Source of the DNA: an uncultured bacterium
GTDB taxonomy: Bacteria > Patescibacteriota > Andersenbacteria > UBA10190 > CAIZMI01
Length of the DNA stretch: 64,000 nt
NCBI GenBank assembly: GCA_903934015.1
Contig: CAIZMI010000021.1
Location: 10,868-74,867, forward strand
Direction: 5' to 3'
This document shows, in pieces, positions 38,960 through 48,796 of this stretch (the first letter of the stretch is position 1; each line of letters starts with the position of its first letter). The translations under genes were made by a program, and so were the position numbers. The notes beneath the pieces are model-generated. The model ran no database searches. It was not told the origin of the DNA and saw only the letters and a list, made by a program, of their open reading frames with translations.

Positions 38960-40471
38960 ATGTCCGCAATAGTTAGATCAGTTACACTTACCGGTTTAGA
39001 TGTTCATCCAGTTGATGTGGAAGTGGAGGTTTTGCCTGGGCTTCCGTCGGTAACAATCGTTGGTTTGCCGGATACTGCCGTAAAAGAGGCGAAGGAAAGG
39101 ATTGTCGCGGCGCTGGCAAATTCTGGTTTCGAACCACCCAGGCACCGAACGATTGTAAATTTAATGCCCGCCCACATTCGTAAGGTGGGACCACAGTTTG
39201 ATTTGCCGATTGCGTTGGCATTTTTGATGGCAACAGGACAATTGACTGCGCGGGTGGAACATTTTGTGTTTGTGGGCTCTTTGGGCTTAGATGGAAAATT
39301 GCAACCGATTTTGGGGACGGTGGCAATGGGAGACTATGTGAAAAATTTTGGTAAAGATATTCTGTTTGTTCCGAAAGAAAATGGTCGGGAAGCGGTTTTG
39401 GCCGGTGGTGAAGTAATTGCCGTGGAAAGTTTGCGGGCGATTGTGGAGCACTTAGAAAATCGATCACCGCTGGCACCGATAGTGAAAGATGAAGAAGAAG
39501 AAACCGTTGAATATTACATCGGGACAAATTTTAGGGAGATTGCCGGACAAGAGCATGCCAAACGGGCATTGGAAGTGGCAGCGGCGGGTGGTCATAACGT
39601 GCTTTTGCATGGTCCACCAGGATCGGGAAAGACTTTATTGGCACGCGCTTTTGCGGGCATTCTGCCACGACTAAGTAAGTCAGAAGCTTTTGAGGTTACA
39701 AAAATATACAGCATTAAAGGATTACTGTCGGCACAGGATGCTTTAATCAGCACGCGTCCTTTTCGTTCGCCACATCATTCCACGTCTGCTGTCGCTTTGA
39801 TTGGTGGCGGAAGTAATCCGCAACCGGGAGAGGTAACGCTGGCACATCGTGGGGTGTTGTTTTTGGACGAATTTGCGGAATTTCCGCGCACTGTGCTGGA
39901 TCATATGCGTGAACCGTTAGAAGAAGGTTTTGTGACCGTTAGTAGAGCGGCGGGCAGTCAAAGTTTCCCGGCAAGGTTTTCACTAGTCGCAGCAATGAAT
40001 CCTTGTCCGTGTGGTTACTACGGTGATTCCAATCGCACCTGTTCTTGTGGGGCGGGGGAAGTGGCAAAATATCAACGACGTGTTTCAGGGCCACTTTTGG
40101 ATCGTATTGATTTACATGTGCATGTGCCGGCCGTAAAAGCCGATATTGTTTTGGATCATTTTGAAGCGGAGCCGTCTGAAAAAATTCGGGAACGGATTGA
40201 GAAAGCTAGGACAAAACAACGACAGCGTTTTTCGGCAGAAAAAGCGAACGCGGAAATGAGCGGGGAACAGATTCGAAAATATTGTGAGTTGTCACCGGAA
40301 AGTCGAAACCTGTTAGCACGGGCCGCCGAAAGTTTACGTTTGAGTACTAGGGCAGTGCATCGAACAATCAAGGTTGCTCGTACGATCGCCGATTTGGCAA
40401 ATGAAGCGGATATATCATCAGCGCATCTGGCAGAAGCTTTACAGTATCGGACGCCGTTGGGAGAGAACTAA
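38960..40471 (+). CDS. comM: YifB/ComM Mg-chelatase-like AAA+ ATPase
   Basis: VGLPDTAVKEAKERI, GPPGSGKT, RPFRSPHH, LAHRGVLFLDE, AMNPCPCG, SGPLLDRID. Confidence 0.93.
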   Translation: MSAIVRSVTLTGLDVHPVDVEVEVLPGLPSVTIVGLPDTAVKEAKERIVAALANSGFEPPRHRTIVNLMPAHIRKVGPQFDLPIALAFLMATGQLTARVEHFVFVGSLGLDGKLQPILGTVAMGDYVKNFGKDILFVPKENGREAVLAGGEVIAVESLRAIVEHLENRSPLAPIVKDEEEETVEYYIGTNFREIAGQEHAKRALEVAAAGGHNVLLHGPPGSGKTLLARAFAGILPRLSKSEAFEVTKIYSIKGLLSAQDALISTRPFRSPHHSTSAVALIGGGSNPQPGEVTLAHRGVLFLDEFAEFPRTVLDHMREPLEEGFVTVSRAAGSQSFPARFSLVAAMNPCPCGYYGDSNRTCSCGAGEVAKYQRRVSGPLLDRIDLHVHVPAVKADIVLDHFEAEPSEKIRERIEKARTKQRQRFSAEKANAEMSGEQIRKYCELSPESRNLLARAAESLRLSTRAVHRTIKVARTIADLANEADISSAHLAEALQYRTPLGEN

Positions 40472-40597
40472 ATTTTCAATGATCAATTTCCAATTTTGCA
40501 ATTAATTATCAATTTTTAATTTTCAAAACAGCTTCTTCTGAAAATTGAGGCTTGAACATTATTTGAAAATTGATAATTAGAAATTGAAAATTAGAAA
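40472..40597. repeat. AT-rich heptamer inverted array (CAATTTT-like units, then AAAATTG-like units)
   Basis: Degenerate 7-nt units on the left arm mirrored on the right arm; a similar tract lies at about 20967-21050. Confidence 0.55.
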
Positions 40598-40675
40598 GTG
40601 CTGGGGTTATAGTAAATCAAAACAATAAAATATGGCTAATAAAAGCTAAGAATTAGCAGTATTCATACTATACTA

Positions 40676-40704
40676 TTGACAATTTCGTTTTTTTAGAGTA
40701 TACT
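40676..40704 (+). promoter_or_regulatory. Sigma70-type promoter
   Basis: TTGACA-17 bp-TATACT. Confidence 0.7.
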
Positions 40705-41172
40705 TCAGAGTTATTTAATCGAAGGAATTAGGTGATTGAACCGCCCCTTTGACAATTGAATAATGAAGGTAGGATGCTAAAAAGATTTTTTGGCACTCCG
40801 CCCATGGCGGCACAGTCGGTTATCCGGTTGGTCGCCAGAGGCGGGGGGATAAAAAGGATTGCTGAGCATTGTCTGTCTGTAAGGATGGGCAAGGCGAAGC
40901 AATTTTCCCAAGTCCGATAGGAAGCGGGCAATAGGGGCGTGGTTTTAACTCAATCCACGATAAAAAATGGGCGTGGGGATTCATACTCTGGATCCCCACC
41001 ATACTTGAGTTTCTCACTTGTCCCAAAAGACTTGTCGGAAATTCAAGATTTGGTTAAAATCGTGGAAATACCCGGATCTGCCTCGGGTGTACATTCTTTT
41101 TTCAGACCGTATTTCGCCTGGTTAGGTGAAAGGCAGAACGGTCAGCAACGCCAGAGGGAAAGGACCTACCAA

Positions 41173-41535
41173 ATGGCGCGTGGCAATATTTCTGAAATGC
41201 CCCCTGTCGAGCCGGGGCGACAAGTTTCAGCTCGAGTGTTTTGTATCGGGGGTTGCGTCAGGCGTGTCGGGAATAAGGAAGCCGAAAAGCCCGCCGTTGC
41301 TGATGACGCCGGAGGCGACGACACCACCTTCACCACGGACGGCCAGGTCGACGCGACCATTAACGCGTCGTCCGCCCAGTCGACCTCGGTCGACGAAGAG
41401 TCGAAAGGGTGGGTCTGGAAACCCACTCGGACGGCGGCCATGGAGCACGCCGAACGACACACCAAACCGCGTCGGTGGGTGCGCGTCGGCTCCGGCGCGT
41501 CGACTGGTGCCATCGGCACCGGATGTCGTCGCTAG
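41173..41535 (+). CDS. Hypothetical protein (GC-rich; frame uncertain)
   Basis: ATG after aagga; several overlapping ORFs compete here. Confidence 0.3.
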   Translation: MARGNISEMPPVEPGRQVSARVFCIGGCVRRVGNKEAEKPAVADDAGGDDTTFTTDGQVDATINASSAQSTSVDEESKGWVWKPTRTAAMEHAERHTKPRRWVRVGSGASTGAIGTGCRR

Positions 41536-41547
41536 CCGACCGTCGCT

Positions 41548-41618
41548 GTCATTCCTGGCCATGACCAGGAATCAGCGACGACCGCGATGACTGGCTCCTG
41601 CTCGTGGGCAGGAGCGAC
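41548..41618 (+). repeat. GTC-tagged palindrome doublet
   Basis: gtcattcctggccatgaccaggaatc ... ggctcctgctcgtgggcaggagcgac. Confidence 0.8.
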
Positions 41619-42230
41619 AATAAAAAAACCGAAGCGATCGAGTCAATGGACTCTTTCGCTTCGGGATTCACAAATGGTAACGAGAGGAATATTATTTCGT
41701 TATCGGTTGTGTGTTTTTTTCAAAGTTCGCTGTTTCGAAATGGCCACGAAAAGGACGCGTTTCGTGGTTCAAGACAGGGTGCGTCAGGGAGGGGATGGCT
41801 ATGTGTTGGATGGATCAGGTTCAGGAGGCGGTGGTACTGGAGACGGAAGAAATCCATCGGTGTCCTGGTCGAAGGGTGGGCTGGAAGCCTCATCCGGTTC
41901 GTGATGTTCTCGGACATCCGGTTAATCGCAGGGTTCTTCGTGCGGTTGAACGCCAGGTTGAAAAGGAATTCGGCCTGCCTTGTTCGTCGCAAAAAGTGCG
42001 ACCACGGTAGTGTTCCGATGGTCGAGGAATTTTTTCACCCCACACACAGTTTTACTGGATCGTGTGGGGTACATCTCTCGGTTTGGCAAGAAGTACTTAC
42101 TGGCTCGAGAAGATGTGCAAAATAAAATACAAAGGAATAAGATAAAGCGTATGGGGGAGTAGTTCTTTTAGAACTGAACCCTTTTCAAGTTTCGTAACTG
42201 GTGCAAAACTCCAAAGAAAGGAGGCTTGTC

Positions 42231-42659
42231 ATGTCACCGGCTCAAAAGTTTTATGAATGGTTGGAGGTTGTTCTTAACAGTATCGATGTTGGACAGGTGT
42301 TCCTGATTCACAGGGAGGAATCTAATGTTGTCTTTGCATCCACCGGTGAGGTGTTGAACATCCCCAGACTCGTTGTTGCCTGTGATGAGATCCCAGAAGA
42401 CATGGAAGTTATTGTTGGTGGTATTTCACAAGTTTTCGACGAGTTTGATTCACAGCTGTGGGCCAATGAGAGGCATGGGGAGTATCTTATTGGGTGGGCC
42501 CGACCGCTAAACATCACGAGACAAGGAAAGTCGTTAGTTTTCTCGACTGGAGAGCCTAAAGATATTCCATGGATGCGGGGGGTTCCATGCGGGTACCATA
42601 ATGAGACTCAAGAATGGAATGTCAGGAGGAAACTCGCGGAATTGGATGGTTGTTATTAG
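42231..42659 (+). CDS. Hypothetical protein
   Basis: Strong SD aaggagg before ATG 42231; globular-looking 142 aa. Confidence 0.6.
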   Translation: MSPAQKFYEWLEVVLNSIDVGQVFLIHREESNVVFASTGEVLNIPRLVVACDEIPEDMEVIVGGISQVFDEFDSQLWANERHGEYLIGWARPLNITRQGKSLVFSTGEPKDIPWMRGVPCGYHNETQEWNVRRKLAELDGCY

Positions 42660-43093
42660 GACGAGGCTTGTTTGAGCGCAAAGCGTCATTGGGACGCTTT
42701 GCGCGAAGAAAAACGAGTATCATAATCTCGTCCACTTACCAGTAATCGCAAAAACATTGTGATCACTGGTAAGGAGAAAAAATGAAAAAACAATAAGTGG
42801 CTTACCACTTATCGAATATAGTGTTTTGTGTTTTTTTGTTTCACTACCTGGTTCGTAGCGAGTTTGGGTAGAAGCTTTTTTTTTAGGAGGGTAAGGACGT
42901 GGATATGGGGCATATTGCTTTGGTGTTTGTGACTGCAGTGGTGGCGTTTTTTTGGGGTCGGTTTAACTGCAATCCAACCATCTGGAGTTAGTGATTGGCG
43001 GAAATGGGAGTGGTCCGCCATTATTTGTCGAGAGTTGGTCTAATAGGCCAGCTCTTTTTTATTTCATCTTTAAAAAAATATTCTTATAAGTCC

Positions 43094-43196
43094 GTCATTC
43101 CTGGCTCATTGTCCCGCGTAGCCTTGTGTGAAGTGGGAGTGACCAGGAATCACCGACGATCGTAACGACGGGCTCCTGCTCGTAGGCAGGATCGAC
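43094..43196 (+). repeat. GTC-tagged palindrome doublet with nested insertion
   Basis: gtcattcctgg[...tcccgcgtagccttgtgtgaagtggga...]ccaggaatc ... ggctcctgctcgtaggcaggatcgac. Confidence 0.75.
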
Positions 43197-43244
43197 ACGG
43201 TTTTATATTACACGCGTTTTCCGTGCTTGTGCTATTCTTAGCTA

Positions 43245-44117
43245 GTGACAAACAACGACATAAACATAGTAAATTTTGCCAACAAGGCGCCAAATTTTGC
43301 CAAGTTAGCAAATCAAACACAAGAAAAGGAAAATGTTAAAGGATCTTTCCCAGTGCCTTCCGAGCGGTTTTTATCAATGACGGCGCATGAGATGCAGGTA
43401 CCAATCACTTCTCTTTCGTGGAATATGGAAAGACTGGTTAAAGTGTTGGGAGAAGATGCGGTAAAACCTGATGTGGCAAAAATTTTAAAACGAATAAGCG
43501 AGGCGGATACGCGCCTGGTTACTTTAGTGGAAGATTTGTTGAATGTTGCCAAGATGCAAGAAGGTGCATTCTTAGTTGCAAAACGTCCGATGCAGTTAGT
43601 GGAAGTGGTGAGAAGGGCATTGCGTACCAATGAGCGCGAGGCCTTGAAACGGGGAGTCGTGGTAAAATGGTCGGCAGATTCGGCGCAGATTCCTTTGACA
43701 ATTGGTGATCCGGAAAGGATCTATCAAGTGACCGTGAATATTTTGAGTAATGCGGTGAAATACACGCCTCGCGGTGGAACAGTAACAGTTACCGTAAGGA
43801 AAACGCAGGAGATTGCGCCCGCGACTGTTGCGCATGGTATTCCTGATAATAAAATAAAAGCCGATTATGTTATGTGCAGTGTTGAGGATACCGGTATCGG
43901 CATTGCTAAAGATGAACAACAAAATATTTTTACGCAGTTTTTTCGCGGTCAAAAAGCGGTGGCAACCGATGAGAGCGGGACTGGACTGGGACTATTTTTA
44001 GTAAAAAGAATTATTGAACAGCACGACGGCGCAATTTGGTTTTCATCACGTGAAGGGTATGGGTCGACATTTTTCTATACTCTGCCCGTAATGGATCCAT
44101 ATGAAGATAATAAATAA
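43245..44117 (+). CDS. Histidine kinase (HisKA + HATPase), no sensor domain
   Basis: AHEMQVPIT H-box, NILSNAVKYT, EDTGIGI, IFTQFFR, GTGLGL. Confidence 0.9.
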   Translation: MTNNDINIVNFANKAPNFAKLANQTQEKENVKGSFPVPSERFLSMTAHEMQVPITSLSWNMERLVKVLGEDAVKPDVAKILKRISEADTRLVTLVEDLLNVAKMQEGAFLVAKRPMQLVEVVRRALRTNEREALKRGVVVKWSADSAQIPLTIGDPERIYQVTVNILSNAVKYTPRGGTVTVTVRKTQEIAPATVAHGIPDNKIKADYVMCSVEDTGIGIAKDEQQNIFTQFFRGQKAVATDESGTGLGLFLVKRIIEQHDGAIWFSSREGYGSTFFYTLPVMDPYEDNK

Positions 44118-44119
44118 CA

Positions 44120-44506
44120 ATGTCAAAAATTCTGATAGTTGAAAGCGAACAAGCGTTACTTTCCACGTTGTGTGAAGAGTTGGAGGAACGTGGTTTTGAT
44201 GTGGATCCGGCCACCAATGGCGGGGAGGCGTTGCGTAAGTTGCATGTTCGTCCGGATGTGATTGTTTTGGACGGTATTTTGACTGATATAGACGGGTTGA
44301 CTTTACTCGCCCAGATTAAAAGCGACCAAGACTTAAAGAATGTGCCGATAGTATTTTTGCTGGAATCCGGTGACGAATCGAAGGCACACGCCGCCGCAGA
44401 GCTGGGAGTTTCCAAAAGTATTATCAAGACAAGTTATGGTTTGGGTGGTTTGTGTGATTTGATCGAAAAATATTTACCGCAGAAGAAAAAGATTCGGTAC
44501 GTTTAG
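44120..44506 (+). CDS. Single-domain response regulator
   Basis: KILIVESE, PDVIVLDG, DGLTLL, VPIVFL, IIK. Confidence 0.8.
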   Translation: MSKILIVESEQALLSTLCEELEERGFDVDPATNGGEALRKLHVRPDVIVLDGILTDIDGLTLLAQIKSDQDLKNVPIVFLLESGDESKAHAAAELGVSKSIIKTSYGLGGLCDLIEKYLPQKKKIRYV

Positions 44507-44537
44507 GGTGAATTTTATTGTCTTTCTAATTTGCGAT

Positions 44538-44566
44538 TTGACGTGTACAATACGATGTAGTAGAGT
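44538..44566 (+). promoter_or_regulatory. Sigma70 promoter for the R-M operon (likely leaderless)
   Basis: TTGACG-17 bp-TAGAGT, 6 nt before ATG 44573. Confidence 0.65.
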
Positions 44567-44572
44567 AGTCGT

Positions 44573-45151
44573 ATGTTTATAAAAGACATCGCAGAAGTTC
44601 AAGCCGGATTTGCTTTCCGTGAAGCCATTGTACCGAATCGTGAAGGAAATATTTGCGTTTTTCAGGCCAAGGATCTAGTTCAGGGGGTGCCTTTTACTAA
44701 TACTGCTTCTTTGATAAAAGTTTCCCTAGAATTGCCGGAATATGTTGGCCATCTTAGAAAAAATGACGTTCTTTTGGTTGCGCGGGGCATGAAAGCCGGA
44801 ACATTTCGTTCAACGGTCTTCAATACTGACGAAGTCAACGTGATTGCTTCTTCCTCTGTGCACATTATTCGCATTACCGCTAACGACGTTATTCCCGAAT
44901 ATGTTTCGCACTACTTGAATTGCAAGGATGGCCAGAATGCTATTTCGGAAATCTTATCCGGGGCGCATATTGGGGTAATACCGCGGAAAGAGTTGGAAAA
45001 TATGAAAATCCCGATACCGGTTATTGGTAAACAGAAATCAATAGTTAACTTAATGAATAATATGCGCGAGCAACAGCGAATAGTGGAAAAAAGAAACGCC
45101 TTGAAACAAGAAATTATCGATGGAACTTTTAGAAATCTAACCACCAAATAA
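44573..45151 (+). CDS. Half-size type I specificity-subunit-like protein (single TRD)
   Basis: IKDIAEVQAG, NDVLLVARG, PEYVSHYLN, L.NMKIPIP...Q.SIV plus C-terminal coiled coil. Confidence 0.75.
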   Translation: MFIKDIAEVQAGFAFREAIVPNREGNICVFQAKDLVQGVPFTNTASLIKVSLELPEYVGHLRKNDVLLVARGMKAGTFRSTVFNTDEVNVIASSSVHIIRITANDVIPEYVSHYLNCKDGQNAISEILSGAHIGVIPRKELENMKIPIPVIGKQKSIVNLMNNMREQQRIVEKRNALKQEIIDGTFRNLTTK

Positions 45152-45156
45152 AAATT

Positions 45157-46671
45157 ATGACTAATCCAACAAAATTCAATCAAGAAGATCTTAATAAAAC
45201 GCTCTGGGCGGCGGCGGACTCTTCGCGTAGTCAGTTGGCAGCGGAGGTATACAAAGATTATGTATTACCGATGTTGTTTTTGAAATACATCAGTGATTTA
45301 AACAAGAAACGGCGCGCCGAATATAAAGAACGTTTTGGCGCCGATGAAAAACGTATTGATGAAAAAATGAAACTGGATCGCTTTTATTTGCCGCCAAAAT
45401 CTTCGTTTGATTACATTTACGGCAAAATTGAGGAAGATAATATCGGAGAAGAAATTAACAAGGTTCTTGATCGCATTGAGGAAGCAAATAAAGAGAAACT
45501 CGACGGCGTATTCAGTGTTGATTTCAACTCGGAATCCGTTTTGGGAAAAATTGATCAACGCAACAAAATGTTGCGCCATCTAATTCAGGACTTTGCAAAA
45601 ATCGATTTGGCGGACGTTGGTGATGATATTATCGGCAATTCGTATATGTATATGATCGAGCGTTTTGGCGCCGATGCTGGTAAGAAGGCGGGCGAATTTT
45701 TTACCATGAGATCGGTAGCAAAACTGGTGGCAATGTTGGCCGAACCGCAAAAGGGCGACAGGATTGCGGACCCGGCCTGCGGATCAGGTGGCCTGCTTTT
45801 ATTGGCCGGTGAAGAAGTGGAGAAAAAAGGATCCAAGAATTACGCGCTTTATGGGCAGGAATCAACAGGCTCCACGTATCAGCTAGCACGGATCAATATG
45901 TTTCTTCATGGCAAGGATTCGGCGCGACTTGAATGGGGTGACACGCTGAATAATCCATTACTTGTGGAAAACGACCAATTGATGCATTTCGACGTGGTTG
46001 TTGCCAACCCGCCATTTTCCTTGAAAAAATGGGGTGCTGAACATGCAGGAGAAGATAAGTACAATCGCTTTTGGCGTGGTGTTCCTCCCAAGGATAAAGG
46101 TGATTACGCGTTTGTTACCCATATGGTGGAAACCGCCAAACCAAAAACCGGGCGCGTGGCGGTGATCGTACCGCACGGTGTTTTGTTTCGCGGGGGCGCG
46201 GAAGGTAGTATTCGCGAGCAATTTTTGAAGGAAAATATCATTGATACGGTGATTGGGCTTCCGGCGGGGCTGTTTCAAACAACGGGTATTCCGGTGGCGA
46301 TTCTGGTGATTGATCGGTCGCGCGAAAAGGGCGGAGCCAATGAAAACAAAAAAGATGTATTGTTTATCGAGGCCTCAAAAGAATTTAAGCCAGCGAAAGC
46401 CAAAAATATCTTAACCGAGGAAAACATTACGAAAATATTTGATACCTATAAACAACGTAAAAACGTCAAAAAGTTTTCCCGCAAAGTAAATTTTAAGGAA
46501 ATCGAAGAAAACGATTTCAATTTAAATATCACTCGCTACGTTGATACGTTTGAAGAAGAAGAGCCGATTGATATTAAGGCAAATCTAAAAGAATTGGAAA
46601 AGCTTGAACCGGAATTGAAAAAACTGGAAAAACAAATGGTGGAGTATTTAAAGGAATTGGGAATTAATTAA
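45157..46671 (+). CDS. hsdM: Type I R-M methyltransferase subunit
   Basis: GEFFT, DPACGSGG, VVANPPF, PHGVLFRGG, NLNITRY. Confidence 0.95.
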   Translation: MTNPTKFNQEDLNKTLWAAADSSRSQLAAEVYKDYVLPMLFLKYISDLNKKRRAEYKERFGADEKRIDEKMKLDRFYLPPKSSFDYIYGKIEEDNIGEEINKVLDRIEEANKEKLDGVFSVDFNSESVLGKIDQRNKMLRHLIQDFAKIDLADVGDDIIGNSYMYMIERFGADAGKKAGEFFTMRSVAKLVAMLAEPQKGDRIADPACGSGGLLLLAGEEVEKKGSKNYALYGQESTGSTYQLARINMFLHGKDSARLEWGDTLNNPLLVENDQLMHFDVVVANPPFSLKKWGAEHAGEDKYNRFWRGVPPKDKGDYAFVTHMVETAKPKTGRVAVIVPHGVLFRGGAEGSIREQFLKENIIDTVIGLPAGLFQTTGIPVAILVIDRSREKGGANENKKDVLFIEASKEFKPAKAKNILTEENITKIFDTYKQRKNVKKFSRKVNFKEIEENDFNLNITRYVDTFEEEEPIDIKANLKELEKLEPELKKLEKQMVEYLKELGIN

Positions 46672-46763
46672 AAGTAGTTTTATGGAAATAATTTTTACGC
46701 GATCAACATCAAATAATACTTTGTATGAGGTTCTTGAAAAATTGAAGCTGTTAAAATCGGTAT

Positions 46764-47963
46764 ATGAAAGCTAAGCAGGTAAAAAAAAATGGTTGTGATG
46801 GATGGTTGATAATAAAACTTGGTGATCTTGCTGTGATTAGTCGTGGTGGATCTCCTCGACCCATAGAGTCTTATATAACTGATGATAAAAATGGTCTTAA
46901 TTGGCTTAGGATTGGTGATATAAAACTGGGTGCTAAATATGTATATGGGACTAGTCAAAAAATAAAAAAAGAAGGACTATCAAAAACGACTCTGGTTGAG
47001 AGTGGTGACTTCATTCTCTCCAATTCAATGAGCTTTGGTCGTCCTTACATTATGAAAATAAGTGCATGCATTCATGATGGTTGGCTTGCACTTAGAAAGA
47101 TTAAAACTGATCTGGTTAGCAAGGAGTTTTTGTACTATTTATTATCGTCAAAAAAGATTCAGAACGATTTTGTGTCTATTTCTGCTGGGTCAGGTGTTCA
47201 GAATTTAAAAAAAGATACAGTGTCTACTGTTGCAGTAAAAATACCATTGGTTGATGAGCAGAACAGCATTGTCGCCGTCTTGGAAACATGGGATGAAGCG
47301 ATTGAAAAACTAACTAAAAAAATTGAAATTAAGAAGGCAATTAAAAAAGGATTGATGCAGGAATTGCTTAAGGGAAAAACTCGGTTGTCTGGGTTTAAGG
47401 ATAAATGGGAAGTTAAAAAACTAGGGGATGTGTGTGATATTGGCACTGGGAGTAAAAACAATCAAGATAAAATCAGCAATGGGGTTTATCCTTTTTATGT
47501 AAGGTCTCCTATTATCGAGCGAATTAACTCATATTCGTACGATGGAGAAGCAATACTAATTCCAGGGGAAGGAAATATTGGGAAAATATTTCATTATATA
47601 AATGGCAGATTTGATTTTCATCAGCGTGTGTATAAAATTAGTGACTTTAAATTAAACGTACTTGGTAAGTATCTCTATTACTATTTGGTTAAGCACTTTT
47701 CGAAAGCAACAAAATCAGATTCAGTTAAGGCGACAGTTGATTCTTTGCGTTTGCCCACCTTCACTAAATTTCAGGTTCAAATTCCAGCCTTAGCGGAACA
47801 AAAAGCAATTGTCGAAATTCTTGATGTTGCAAATGAGGAAGTAAAAAAATTACAAAAACAACTCACAATCCTTAAAGATCAAAAAAAGTTTCTGCTGAAC
47901 AATCTAATCACGGGCGCGATTCGCACGCCTGAAAAATTTAGCATTAAAACAACAAAGCGATGA
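46764..47963 (+). CDS. hsdS: Type I R-M specificity subunit (two TRDs)
   Basis: W..KLGD...RGGSPRP, P..EQ..IV..L, KKGLMQELL, second WEVKKLGDVC repeat. Confidence 0.93.
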   Translation: MKAKQVKKNGCDGWLIIKLGDLAVISRGGSPRPIESYITDDKNGLNWLRIGDIKLGAKYVYGTSQKIKKEGLSKTTLVESGDFILSNSMSFGRPYIMKISACIHDGWLALRKIKTDLVSKEFLYYLLSSKKIQNDFVSISAGSGVQNLKKDTVSTVAVKIPLVDEQNSIVAVLETWDEAIEKLTKKIEIKKAIKKGLMQELLKGKTRLSGFKDKWEVKKLGDVCDIGTGSKNNQDKISNGVYPFYVRSPIIERINSYSYDGEAILIPGEGNIGKIFHYINGRFDFHQRVYKISDFKLNVLGKYLYYYLVKHFSKATKSDSVKATVDSLRLPTFTKFQVQIPALAEQKAIVEILDVANEEVKKLQKQLTILKDQKKFLLNNLITGAIRTPEKFSIKTTKR

Positions 47964-48796
47964 ACAAAAAACAAGTGGACAGCACAAAGATCACCATTTT
48001 CGAGGAAAAAGAAGTGCGTCGAGTTTGGCACAACGAACAGTGGTATTTTGTTATTACCGACGTAATTCAGATTCTTACGGACTCCATTAATGCGAGTGAT
48101 TATCTTAAAAAGATGAGAATTCGTGATGAAGAGCTTTCCAAAGGGTGGGGACAAATTGTCACCCCCCTTCAGATTGAAACAAAAGGAGGAAAACAGACGA
48201 TAAATTGTGCCGATACTGAAGGGATTTTTCGCATTATTCAGTCAATTTCTTCTCCCAAGGCGGAGCCGTTCAAACGTTGGCTGGCCAGGGTAGGAAAAGA
48301 GCGCATCGAAGAAATTGCCGATCCTGAACTGGCTGTCACAAGGGCGAAGGAAATTTATGACAAGAAGGGTTATCCAAAGGATTGGGTTGATAAGCGAATA
48401 CGCGGTATTGCCGTTAGAAATACGTTAACTGATGAGTGGAAGCAAAGAGGTGTAATAAAGGGTCTTGAGTTTGCGATCTTAACCGATGAAATATATAAAG
48501 CAACTTTTGAAAAAACCGCCAAAGAATACATGGAACATAAGGGGCTTGATAAAAAAGCGGGTGATAATTTGCGCGATCATATGGGTGATATCGAATTGAT
48601 TTTAACAATGCTGGGTGAGGCGACGACGACAAAAGTCACGACGGAGAAAGATTCCAAGGGCTTGGAAGCGTTAAAAAAGGATGCGCAGGTTGGTGGTGGT
48701 ATCGCGGGACGAACGCGGAAAGACATTGAAGAAAAAACGGGAAAGAAAGTGGTATCAAGCGATAATTTTAAAAATTTGAAGCTTTTAAAGAAATGA
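47960..48796 (+). CDS. Bro-N domain protein (phage-antirepressor-like)
   Basis: VRRVW..EQWYFVITDV..L, IQSISSPKAEPFKRWLA.VG.ERIEE..DPELA. Confidence 0.85.
   Translation: MNKKQVDSTKITIFEEKEVRRVWHNEQWYFVITDVIQILTDSINASDYLKKMRIRDEELSKGWGQIVTPLQIETKGGKQTINCADTEGIFRIIQSISSPKAEPFKRWLARVGKERIEEIADPELAVTRAKEIYDKKGYPKDWVDKRIRGIAVRNTLTDEWKQRGVIKGLEFAILTDEIYKATFEKTAKEYMEHKGLDKKAGDNLRDHMGDIELILTMLGEATTTKVTTEKDSKGLEALKKDAQVGGGIAGRTRKDIEEKTGKKVVSSDNFKNLKLLKK

Noticed and set aside
41587-42162. Overlapping ORFs downstream of the 41548 repeat
   Set aside because: Several competing frames and no motif; a real small gene (e.g. from ATG 41795) is possible but cannot be supported.
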